Part shown: positions 43,738 through 53,945 of the stretch, one piece after another
How positions within the stretch are numbered: the stretch's first letter is position 1
How the letters are laid out: each line of letters begins with the position of its first letter
Source of the DNA: Candidatus Eiseniibacteriota bacterium
GTDB taxonomy: Bacteria; Eisenbacteria; RBG-16-71-46; CAVPCR01
Assembly (NCBI GenBank): GCA_963823555.1
Contig: CAWGMA010000001.1
Coordinates: forward strand, 96,001 to 160,000
Reading direction: 5' to 3'
DNA: 64,000 nt
Translations under genes and position numbers: made by a program
Notes under the pieces: generated by a model
Told to the model about the DNA's origin: nothing
Databases searched by the model: none
Seen by the model: only the letters and a program-made list of their open reading frames with translations

Positions 43738-45201
43738 GTGCCCGGACCCGGCCGGATTCTCCTCATCTCGACCTACGAGCTCGGGCATCAGCCGCTCGGG
43801 CTGGCCTGGCCGGCCGCCTTCCTGGCCCGCGCCGGGCTCGATGCCGATGTGCAGGACCTATCCCTCGAGCCCCTCGACGGGGCGCGCGTCGCCCGTGCCT
43901 CGTGGGTCGGGATCTCGGTGCCGATGCATACCGCGCTCCGCATCGGGGTGGCGGTCGGCCGGCGTGTGCGGGAGCTGAATCCCCAGGCCCGCATCGTCTT
44001 CTTCGGGCTCTACGCGGGGCTCAACGCCGACTATCTGCTGAGCGAGGGGGCCGCCGATGCCGTGCTCGGTGGCGAGTACGAAGCCGCCCTGGCCGATCTC
44101 GTCGCCGGCTCGAAGCCCGGCACCCGTGGTCGCGGCGCCTCGCGATCAGCAGGGCCGGAGCACTTGAAGCGACTCGACTTCCCGATGCCGCTCCGTACCG
44201 GGCTACCCGACCTGCGCCGGTACGCCCATCTCGAGCGGGACGGGGAACAGATGCCTGCCGGCTACGTCGAGGCGAGCCGCGGTTGCCTCCATCATTGCCG
44301 CCACTGCCCCATTCCCCCGGTTTACGGTGGTCGATTCTTCGTCGTGCCCGAAACGGCGGTGCTGGCCGATGTGGCGCAGCAGGTCGCCGCCGGGGCGCGC
44401 CATGTGACCTTCGGGGATGCCGATTTCCTGAACGGGCCGCGTCATGTCATGCGTCTCGTGCGCGCCATGAACCGGGAGTTTCCGGATCTCACCTTCGACG
44501 TGACGACCAAGGTCTCCAACATCGTCAAGCACCGGGTGCTGTTCGCCGAGCTGGCCGAGCTGGGATGCGTCTTCGTCGTCTCGGCGGTCGAGTCGCTCTC
44601 CGATCGAGTCCTCGCGGTTCTCGACAAGGGGCACACGCGAGCGGACATCGACCGCGCGCTCGGAATCCTTCATGCCGCCGGGATCCCGCTCCGCCCGACC
44701 TTCGTTGCCTTCACCCCATGGACCACGGCCGAGGACTATCTGGAGCTCCTTGACTTCATCGTGGCGGAGGACCTGTGCCAGCACGTGGATCCGGTTCAGG
44801 TGGGGCTTCGCCTCCTCGTCCCCCCGGGCTCGCTCCTCCTAGATTCGCCTGAGCTCAGGCCGCACCTCGGTGCTCTCGATCCCGCCGCGTTCACTTATCG
44901 CTGGATCCACCCCGATCCGCGGATGGTGGAGCTCGAGACGGCTGTTGCCGACCTCGTCCAGCGTGCAGCGCGGCGACACGGCGAAGCGATGGACACGTTT
45001 GCCGCCGTGCGTGCGCTCGCCACTCGCATTCTCGAGGGGTGTGACGCTCCGGTGCCGGAGTTCCCTCGATCGCCCGCGCGCCCGCGTCCACCCCGGCTCA
45101 CCGAGGACTGGTTCTGCTGAGCGGAGCCGATGGAGGATCAGTTGATCCTCGCCACTTCGGGCTGGGACTCGGGGCTCCGCTCGGCTGCCGCCAGCGACTA
45201 G
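43738..45201 (+). CDS. CUAEP/CCAEP-tail radical SAM selenoprotein; UGA at 45118-45120 read as Sec
   Basis: STYELGHQP B12-binding-like N-terminus; CxxxCxxC (CLHHCRHC); ...RLTEDWFC-TGA-AEPMEDQL continues open to TAG at 45199-45201. Confidence 0.85.
45122..45163 (+). promoter_or_regulatory. Candidate bacterial SECIS element
   Basis: Perfect 7-bp stem GAGGAUC-AGUU-GAUCCUC (45133-45150) with GU in the apical loop about 20 nt after the UGA. Extendable lower stem AGCCGA/UCGGGCU. Confidence 0.7.
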
Positions 45202-46481
45202 CTGGCCGCAATCGATTGCGCCGGCGTGATGGCGAAGTCGAGCCGGGTCACCGCCGCCCGGAGAGCGGCTTCCACCGCGGCCGGATCGCCGCCCCGGGCG
45301 AAGATGAAGCCGAGGTAGCGCGATCCCTCGGGAAGCGGGATCACCCTGTCGCCCGGACGTGCCGTGATCGCGACCTCGGTCACGCCCTGGACGGCGGCGG
45401 CGGCCTCGACGCCCGCGACACCGCGCAGGATTCCGGCGCGGGGGATGGGGATCATCATCACGCCGGAAGCTTCCGGCAGGCGCGACTTGTGGATCTCGAG
45501 CGGAAGGCCGATGGCCTGCCTGAGGATCAGTTCCTCGAGGGAGACGTCGCCGAGCCCGAAGCGGAGGGCGCGCGAGCAGAGTCCCCCGATCGAGCGCCCG
45601 GCGACCTCGATCACCCACGGTCCCCGGTCGTTGACCCGGAGCTCGGCATGCACGGCGCCAGCGACAAGACCGATCGCTGCCGCGGCGCGCGCGGTGGTGT
45701 CGGCGATCGCGGCCTGTGTGTCCACAGGAAGCCGTGACGGCGTGACGTAGATGGTCTCCTCGAAGAACGGGCCGTCGAGCGGATCGGGCTTGTCGAAGAT
45801 GGCGAGCGTCGTGAGCTCGCCGCGAGAGAGCAGTCCCTCGAGCGCCACCTCGCGTCCGGGCACGAACTCCTCGATCAGGATCGTGCCAAGACCGGGATCG
45901 CGGTTCCGGCTGAGATCGGGCGCCTTGAGGATGCTCTGGAGCCGTTGCCATGCCGCGGCCAGGCTGCCCGGATCGTCCGCTCGGATCACGCCGCGGCTCC
46001 CGGAGAGGACGAGCGGTTTCGCAACGCAGGGGAAGCCGATCGTCCTCGCCACCGTGCTCGCTGCCGCCTCGGGCTCCAGGCGGCGAGGCAACACCAGGTG
46101 GCGGGGAGCCGGCACCCCGCCATGGGCCAGGGCCTCGCGCATGGCCCGCTTGTCGCGAGCGGTGCGCGCCGCGGTGGGGGAGTTGTGCGGCAGGCCGAGA
46201 GCGGCGGCCACGCCGGCAGCCAGCTCCGTGCCGGTATCGTCGACGGCGATGATCGCCTCGATCGGGCGTTGGCGCGCGAACTCGACGATCTCGCGAAGCG
46301 ATTCGGCGCTGTCCTCGAACCGCACGGTGATCGAGTTCTCCCGCGGCCAGAGCTCGGCGAGCGTGTGGCAGCGATTCGAGGCGATGAGCACCTCCGCTCC
46401 CAGGCGATGCGCAGCCGCGAGAAAGGCGTCGGCACGGTAGGTTGTGGTGGGAATGAGGAGGAGGACGCGCGGAGTGGGCAT
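45198..46481 (-). CDS. ATP-grasp domain protein
   Basis: RDKRAMREAL, GFPCVAKP, SGSRGV, ILIEEFVPGREVALEG, HAELRV and EVAGRSIGG. Confidence 0.9.
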   Translation of the reverse strand: MPTPRVLLLIPTTTYRADAFLAAAHRLGAEVLIASNRCHTLAELWPRENSITVRFEDSAESLREIVEFARQRPIEAIIAVDDTGTELAAGVAAALGLPHNSPTAARTARDKRAMREALAHGGVPAPRHLVLPRRLEPEAAASTVARTIGFPCVAKPLVLSGSRGVIRADDPGSLAAAWQRLQSILKAPDLSRNRDPGLGTILIEEFVPGREVALEGLLSRGELTTLAIFDKPDPLDGPFFEETIYVTPSRLPVDTQAAIADTTARAAAAIGLVAGAVHAELRVNDRGPWVIEVAGRSIGGLCSRALRFGLGDVSLEELILRQAIGLPLEIHKSRLPEASGVMMIPIPRAGILRGVAGVEAAAAVQGVTEVAITARPGDRVIPLPEGSRYLGFIFARGGDPAAVEAALRAAVTRLDFAITPAQSIAAS

Positions 46482-46494
46482 GAGTCGAGCCTAG

Positions 46495-46531
46495 CATGAG
46501 GCCCGAGAGCTCCTGGCTCCCGGGCCTCATG
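46495..46531 (-). terminator. Hairpin downstream of DVUA0089-like gene (no U tract)
   Basis: CATGAGGCCCG/CGGGCCTCATG inverted repeat with a paired interior. Confidence 0.5.
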
Positions 46532-46551
46532 GTTCAGTCCCGCAGGGACGG

Positions 46552-47166
46552 TCAGTGGTAGATCGCCTTGATCTGGCCCCACGTCGCCGGTTCGACCGGG
46601 GCCATGGTGCAGAAGGAGGCGCCCTCGAGGGCGATCGTATACGCCCCGGTCTCGTTCGTGACACCGAGCCATGCGGCGATCGGATTGGCGGCGCCAGGAC
46701 CGTCGGGTGGACAGTGCTCGATGCCGAACGGCGAGTCCAGGAACAGCTGTTCGCCGTTCGAGTCGACCGGATCGCGATCGAACTTGCTCACGGCGAGCAG
46801 GTACTGGCCCGCTGCCGGGATGCATTGCGCCGTGACGGTCGACTGCAAGCCGCAATCTCCCGGATCGTCGTCGTTGCAGCTGAGCCCCTGGCCGTCGGTG
46901 GCGAACAGCCAGAGCTGGGTGTCGAGCGCCGTGCCGCCGCACGTGGTGGCGATCAGGAAGGGAGGGGTGCCCATGACGCTGATGCAGTACATGTCGGCAT
47001 CGTTCGCGTCCAGGTTGCCGTTGATCTGGGTCAGCGCTCCTTGACCCATCGGGGTCTGCACCGTGCCCGGCAGATCGCCGGCGTCCCCGTCCTCGTTCCA
47101 GACCTGGGCTGTCGCCATCGACGAGGACAACCCGAGAAGCAAGATCAATCCGAGCACGATCTTCAT
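46552..47166 (-). CDS. Secreted DVUA0089-like protein with TWGxIK tail (paralog 1)
   Basis: Signal peptide; WNEDGDAGDLP, DADMY, DTQLWLF, NDD and GQYLLAVS; ends APVEPATWGQIKAIYH. Confidence 0.85.
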   Translation of the reverse strand: MKIVLGLILLLGLSSSMATAQVWNEDGDAGDLPGTVQTPMGQGALTQINGNLDANDADMYCISVMGTPPFLIATTCGGTALDTQLWLFATDGQGLSCNDDDPGDCGLQSTVTAQCIPAAGQYLLAVSKFDRDPVDSNGEQLFLDSPFGIEHCPPDGPGAANPIAAWLGVTNETGAYTIALEGASFCTMAPVEPATWGQIKAIYH

Positions 47167-47203
47167 GGATCCCTCCCTGAGTTGTTGAGAGTGCCCTCCG
47201 CGC

Positions 47204-48883
<1,680 letters not shown>

Positions 48884-49024
48884 GGATTCTCCGCCCTGGC
48901 GGGACAGAAGGAGATGCGCCCCCGGTACGGGGCGATGCGGCCGGCAGCGTCGAGGCGATCATGGAGATCGGACGCCAAGCGGTCAACGACCAATCGCCGG
49001 CAAGTCCGTGGCGCTTGGCTGGCC

Positions 49025-49066
49025 GAAAGCGGAAGCCCGGGGATCCGTTGCGGATCCCCGGGCTTC
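49025..49066 (-). terminator. Intrinsic terminator of paralog 2
   Basis: Perfect 16-bp stem GAAGCCCGGGGATCCG-caa-CGGATCCCCGGGCTTC followed by cgctttc. Confidence 0.75.
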
Positions 49067-49091
49067 GATACCGTTTGTCGGGACTGTTCGA

Positions 49092-49697
49092 CTAGCGGTA
49101 GATGCTCTTGATGCCACCCCAGGTGGCCGGCTCGACCGCGGTGGCACCGCAGTACGAGACGCTGGTCATGCTGATCCGGTAGCTGCCGGCGCTCGTGGTG
49201 CCCGTCCATCCAATAACCGGGTTCCCCGGGCACGTGCCATCGGGAGCGCGCTCGACGTTGAACGGCGAGTTCGCCCAGATGGTGCAGGCGCCCGCGCCCT
49301 GCGGATCGCGATTGTACTTGCTGACCGCGATCAGGTACTGGCCGGGGCTGGAGACGAAAACGCCGGTGATCGTCGACTGCAGGCCGCAGCCGCCGGGATC
49401 GTCGTCGTCGTGGGTCACGCCGGTGCCGTCCTCACGGAAGAGGAAGAGCTGCGTGTCATCTTGCGTGCCGCCGCATGTGGTGGCCGTGAACGACGTCGGA
49501 GCATCGATGCGGATGCAGAACATATCCGTATCGTCCGCCAGGAACGTCCCCGAGATGGTCGCCAGGGGGCCGCCACCGATCGGGACCTGGGCCGTCGCCG
49601 GCAATTCGCCCGCGTCACCCTGCTCCACCCACTGTGCCATCGCCGGGGCCGCAAGCAGCACCCCGAGAGCGACTACGTACGCTACCAAAGCCTTCAT
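49092..49697 (-). CDS. Secreted DVUA0089-like protein with TWGxIK tail (paralog 2)
   Basis: AGGAGG RBS; signal peptide; WVEQGDAG and DTQLFLF; ends ATAVEPATWGGIKSIYR. Confidence 0.88.
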   Translation of the reverse strand: MKALVAYVVALGVLLAAPAMAQWVEQGDAGELPATAQVPIGGGPLATISGTFLADDTDMFCIRIDAPTSFTATTCGGTQDDTQLFLFREDGTGVTHDDDDPGGCGLQSTITGVFVSSPGQYLIAVSKYNRDPQGAGACTIWANSPFNVERAPDGTCPGNPVIGWTGTTSAGSYRISMTSVSYCGATAVEPATWGGIKSIYR

Positions 49698-49911
49698 GAT
49701 GCCCTCCTATAGCTGACGCTTGGATTACACGGTCCCCCTTGCGTTGGCCGAGCTTGGGCTGACCTTCGAAAAAGACTACACTGATCCGTATTCCATAATC
49801 AAGCAATATCTTGCGCGCGTTGAGCCCCGTGGTGGTGCGCACCCCGGGATGATAAATACGAGGGTCGGGAGGCGGCCCGCGAGGCGCTGCCGGCAACTGC
49901 CCGGGTCACGG

Positions 49912-49955
49912 GAAACAAACCGGCCCGGGAGCCCTTGCCGGGTCCCCGGGCCGGT
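49912..49955 (-). terminator. Intrinsic terminator of paralog 3
   Basis: ACCGGCCCGGG...CCCGGGCCGGT stem followed by ttgtttc. Confidence 0.75.
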
Positions 49956-49976
49956 GCTTTCCGGGCCGCTTCAGTT

Positions 49977-50569
49977 CTAGCGGTAGATGCTCTTGATGCT
50001 GCCCCAGGTCGACGGCTCGACCGCGGTCGCGCCGCAGTAGGAGACGCTGGTGAAGGTGATCACGTAGTCGCCACCGTCTGTGGTGGTGTTGACCCAACGG
50101 CAACCGGCGCCGTGGCCGTCGCGCACCCACTCGAAGTCGGGAACAGGGTTTCGTTTGCCGGGCCGCGGGGATCCCGGTTGTACTTGCTGATGGCGATCAG
50201 GTACTGCCCGGGCGTGTTGATCGTGCAATTGCTGAAGCTGCCGATCAACGACTGGAGCCCCGGATCACAGGTGTCGTCATCCCAGGTCACGGGGACGCCA
50301 TCCTCGCGGAAGAGGAACAACTGGGTGTCCCAGGTGGTCGTCCCACACGTCTGGGCGCTGAAGGTCCCGGGATCGTCAACCCGGATGCAGTACATGTCGA
50401 CATCCATTGCGGGCATTGTGCCCTGGATCGTGGCGAGCGGGCCGCCACCGATCGGAATCTGGGCCGTCGCCGGCAGATCCCCGGCGTCGCCCTGCTCGAC
50501 CCACTGTCCCATCGCCGGGGCGGCGAGCAGCACCCCCAGAGCCACGGTGTACGCTAGCAGAGCCCTCAT
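49977..50569 (-). CDS. Secreted DVUA0089-like protein with TWGxIK tail (paralog 3); one-base deletion near 50098
   Basis: The N-terminal part is in one frame and WVNTT...ATAVEPSTWGSIKSIYR in another. Restoring one G gives PVAGWV, as in the paralogs. Confidence 0.82.
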
Positions 50570-50677
50570 GTTGTCCTCCTCAAGCTGGTACCAAGCCTTG
50601 GTGAACAGACAGCCGCCAGCGCTTGAGCGGCTGTGATGAACTGTAAGGACTATATCATGATGAGGTCATGAAATCAA
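50570..50677. repeat. Duplicated 108-bp upstream region, copy 1 (pairs with 51373-51480)
   Basis: Ungapped alignment by eye with the second copy; contains promoter, UTR hairpin and RBS. Confidence 0.9.
50649..50677 (-). promoter_or_regulatory. sigma70 promoter with extended -10 and spacer palindrome
   Basis: TTGATT-17 bp-TATAGT with TG before the -10; the spacer is TCATGA-N5-TCATGA. Confidence 0.75.
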
Positions 50678-50703
50678 GGAGTGCTCACGCCATCCCGCCG
50701 GGT

Positions 50704-50742
50704 GAACGAACGGCCCGGGACCCCCTCGGGGGCCCGGGCCGT
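50704..50742 (-). terminator. Intrinsic terminator of paralog 4
   Basis: ACGGCCCGGG-CCCC-cgag-GGGGt-CCCGGGCCGT followed by tcgttc. Confidence 0.7.
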
Positions 50743-50763
50743 GAGATCGAGGCCGGTTCGATC

Positions 50764-51372
50764 CTAGCGGTAGATGCTCTTGATGCTGCCCCAGGTCGAC
50801 GGCTCGACCGCGGTCGCGCCGCAGTAAGAAACGCCAGCCAGGGCGATCGTGTAGGCGCCACCCGCTGAGGTGTTGTTGATCCAGCCGGCAACCGGGTTCG
50901 CTGCTCCGGTACCATCAACGCAGTGTTCGGCTGTCCCGGAGAGCCACAGCGTGGCGCCCGCGGCGTCGACCGGGTCCCGGTTGTACCGGCTCACCGCCAG
51001 CAGGTACTGGCCCGGGCCGGCGAAGTTCGGGCAGGCGGTCGTGGCGGCGCCGATCTGCGACTGCAGGCCGCAGGCATCATCGTTCATTCCGATGCCGAGG
51101 CCGTCCTCGCGGAAGAGGAAGATCTGCGTGTCGTAGGAAGCGCCGTTGCATGTCCCGGCAAGGAAGCCGGCCGGGTCGTCGATGCGGATGCAGTACATGT
51201 CGACATCGTTCGCGTCGAGAGTACCCGCGATCGTGGCCAGCGGACCCCCGCCGACCGGAACCTGGGCGCTCCCGGGCAGATCGCCCGCGTCGCCCTGCTC
51301 GACCCACTGTGCCATCGCCGGGGCGGCGAGCAACACGCCCAAAGCTACGGCATACGCTAGCAAAGCCCTCAT
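50764..51372 (-). CDS. Secreted DVUA0089-like protein with TWGxIK tail (paralog 4)
   Basis: GAGGAGG RBS; signal peptide; WVEQGDAGDLP, DTQIFLF and NDD; ends ATAVEPSTWGSIKSIYR. Confidence 0.88.
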   Translation of the reverse strand: MRALLAYAVALGVLLAAPAMAQWVEQGDAGDLPGSAQVPVGGGPLATIAGTLDANDVDMYCIRIDDPAGFLAGTCNGASYDTQIFLFREDGLGIGMNDDACGLQSQIGAATTACPNFAGPGQYLLAVSRYNRDPVDAAGATLWLSGTAEHCVDGTGAANPVAGWINNTSAGGAYTIALAGVSYCGATAVEPSTWGSIKSIYR

Positions 51373-51480
51373 GTTGTCCTCCTCAAGCTGGCACCAAGCC
51401 TTGATGCACGCACAGCCGCCAGCGCTGAAGCGGCTGCAACTAACTATGATGACTATATCACGATGTTGTCATGAAATCAA
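51373..51480. repeat. Duplicated 108-bp upstream region, copy 2
   Basis: Aligns with 50570-50677. Confidence 0.9.
51452..51480 (-). promoter_or_regulatory. sigma70 promoter with extended -10 and spacer palindrome
   Basis: TTGATT-17 bp-TATAGT; the spacer is TCATGA-N5-TCGTGA. Confidence 0.75.
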
Positions 51481-51546
51481 ATGAACACCCGAATGACAGT
51501 CGAGGACAGCAAGCTGGAAATGGGTTGGTTGTCCCGGCTGCCTGGC

Positions 51547-53919
51547 CTAGAGCTTGGCCCGGCGCAGCCGGAGCGCGTTCGAGATCACCGACACCGAGGA
51601 CAGGCTCATGGCCGCACTCGCTACCATCGGGGAGAGGAGGAGGCCGAAGGCCGGGTAGAGGACGCCGGCGGCGATAGGCACCCCGATCGAGTTGTAAACG
51701 AAGGCCAGGAAGAGGTTTTGACGGATGTTCCGCATCGTGGCCCGGGACAGCCGCCGGGCCCGGGCGATCCCCCGGAGGTCCCCCTTGACGAGAGTGATGC
51801 CGGCGCTCTCCATGGCAACGTCCGTCCCCGTCCCCATGGCGATACCCACCTCGGCTGCGGCCAGGGCCGGGGCGTCATTGACTCCATCTCCCGCCATGGC
51901 CACCACTCGACCCTGACCCTGGAGCTCTCCCACAACCTCGCTCTTTCCGGCCGGCAACACCTCGGCGCGCACGTCGTCGATGCCCAGGCGCCTGGCCACC
52001 GCCTCGGCCGCGCCCCGGCTATCCCCGGTCAGCATGAGGATCCGCATCCCCTCATCGTGGAGAATGCGGATCGCCTCCGGGGTCGTCTCCTTGATCGGGT
52101 CCGCCACGGCCAGGAGCCCGGCGACGCGGCCGTCGACCGCCAGGAAGACCACCGTGTGACCGTCGTGACGGAGGGCATCCGCATCCGGACGCAGCTTTTC
52201 CACATCGATCGTGGATTCCTGCATCAAGGGGTCGTTGCCGAGGATGACCTCGCGGCCGTCCACCGTGCCGCGGACACCCTTCCCGGTCACCGAGTGGAAG
52301 TCGGTGCTTGCCGGCACCTGGAGCCCGCGGTCCGCGGCGGCTCGCACCAGGGTGGCGGCCAGCGGATGCTCGCTCGCGCGCTCGATGGCGGCGGCCATGG
52401 CGAGCACGTCGTCCTCGCCATGGGGCGCGAGCGTCCTCACTGCGACCAGTTCGGGTCTGCCCCGAGTGAGGGTTCCCGTCTTGTCGACTATGAGCGTGTC
52501 CACCTTCTCGAGTCGTTCGAGGGCCTCGGCGTTCTTGATGAGCACCCCGGCCTGGGCACCGCGTCCGGTGCCGACCATGATCGACATCGGGGTGGCCAGT
52601 CCCAGGGCGCACGGGCAGGCGATGATGAGGACGGCGACCGCGTTCACCACCGCGTGCGCGAGTCGCGGCTCGGGGCCGAAGAGGCCCCAGATGAGCGCGG
52701 TCGCTGCGGCGACGAGAACGACCGCGGGAACGAAGTAGGCGGCGACCCGGTCCGCGAGATGCTGGATCGGCGCGCGCGATCTCTGTGCTGCGGAAACCAG
52801 GTTGACGATCTGGGCGAGAAGGGTCTCGGCTCCCACGCGCTCGGCGCGCATGACGAGGCTCCCGGTCGAGTTGACCGTGGCCCCGATCACGGGTTCGCCC
52901 GCGGTCTTCTCGACCGGGATCGATTCCCCGGTCATCATCGATTCATCGACTGCGCTCCGGCCCTCGAGGACGACGCCGTCCACCGGCACCTTCTCTCCGG
53001 GGCGGACACGGAGCCGGTCCCCTGGCTGCACCGCTTCGAGGGGAACATCCTCTTCACCCCCGTCCGCGCGGATCCGGCGCGCGGTGCGGGGGGCGAGGTC
53101 GAGAAGGGCCCGGATGGCGCCCCGCGTGCGTTCGCGCGCCCGGAGCTCGAGCACCTGACCCACGAGGACGAGCACCGTGATCACCGCCGCCGCTTCGAAG
53201 TAGACGGCGACCTCGCCGCCGTGCCCCTGGGCCGCCGGCGGGAACAGGCCGGGGGCCAGCGTGGCCGCCAGGCTGTAGAGGTAGGCGACACCGGTCCCGG
53301 CGGCGATCAGGGTGAACATGTTCGGGCGTCGGCTCTTGATCGAGATCCAGCCTCGCGCAAAAAACGGCGCACCACAGTAGAGAACGACGGGGGTGGCGAG
53401 AACGAGCTGGATCCAGGTGGCGACCCGTGGCGGGACGACTCGGCTCAGCGGGTTCCCGGGGATCATCTCCGCCATGGCGAGCAGGAACACCGGTGCGGTG
53501 AAGAGGACGCCGATCCAGAAGCGCCGCTTCATGTCGGCGAGCTCCGGGTTCGGCTCCTCGCTGGCCGTGACCGAACTCGGCTCGAGCGCCATGCCGCAGA
53601 TCGGGCAGGGGCCGGGCCGATCGCTCACCACCTCGGGATCCATGGGGCAGATCCAGACCACCTTTCCGCCGGGTGGTGGGGCCGTCCCATCCGCCATCTT
53701 GCGCTCGGCGCCAGGGGTCAGGTAGCGCTCAGGCTCGGCGGCAAACTTGGTGGCGCATCCGGCGCAGCAGAAGGAGTAGGTATGGCCGGCGTGCTCGTGC
53801 CGGTGGGGCGTCTTCCCGGGGTCGACGGTCATGCCGCACACCGGATCGACCGCCGTGCTGCTCGACCCGCCGCCCGGGCCGCCGGGGCCGGCGATGGGGA
53901 TGCTGTGCCGTGAGTCCAT
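51547..53919 (-). CDS. copA: Cu(I)-translocating P1B-type ATPase with YHS and CPM metal-binding domains
   Basis: DPVCGM, FCCAGC, CPMD...[38 protein letters not shown] and MSLSS. Confidence 0.95.
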   Translation of the reverse strand: MDSRHSIPIAGPGGPGGGSSSTAVDPVCGMTVDPGKTPHRHEHAGHTYSFCCAGCATKFAAEPERYLTPGAERKMADGTAPPPGGKVVWICPMDPEVVSDRPGPCPICGMALEPSSVTASEEPNPELADMKRRFWIGVLFTAPVFLLAMAEMIPGNPLSRVVPPRVATWIQLVLATPVVLYCGAPFFARGWISIKSRRPNMFTLIAAGTGVAYLYSLAATLAPGLFPPAAQGHGGEVAVYFEAAAVITVLVLVGQVLELRARERTRGAIRALLDLAPRTARRIRADGGEEDVPLEAVQPGDRLRVRPGEKVPVDGVVLEGRSAVDESMMTGESIPVEKTAGEPVIGATVNSTGSLVMRAERVGAETLLAQIVNLVSAAQRSRAPIQHLADRVAAYFVPAVVLVAAATALIWGLFGPEPRLAHAVVNAVAVLIIACPCALGLATPMSIMVGTGRGAQAGVLIKNAEALERLEKVDTLIVDKTGTLTRGRPELVAVRTLAPHGEDDVLAMAAAIERASEHPLAATLVRAAADRGLQVPASTDFHSVTGKGVRGTVDGREVILGNDPLMQESTIDVEKLRPDADALRHDGHTVVFLAVDGRVAGLLAVADPIKETTPEAIRILHDEGMRILMLTGDSRGAAEAVARRLGIDDVRAEVLPAGKSEVVGELQGQGRVVAMAGDGVNDAPALAAAEVGIAMGTGTDVAMESAGITLVKGDLRGIARARRLSRATMRNIRQNLFLAFVYNSIGVPIAAGVLYPAFGLLLSPMVASAAMSLSSVSVISNALRLRRAKL

Positions 53920-53945
53920 GCGCTTTTCCTCCTGGTTGGGGCTCA

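Noticed and set aside
49092..51480. Diversity-generating retroelement, integron cassette array or CRISPR interpretation of the tandem paralogs
   Set aside because: No reverse transcriptase, integrase, attC sites or repeat-spacer periodicity. Differences include indels and are not adenine-specific, and each gene has its own upstream region and terminator.
51481..53913. 810-aa plus-strand ORF and other long antisense ORFs (e.g. 56775-58727, 60584-62563)
   Set aside because: Antisense shadows of well-supported genes, expected in high-GC DNA with biased codon usage; no recognisable domains.
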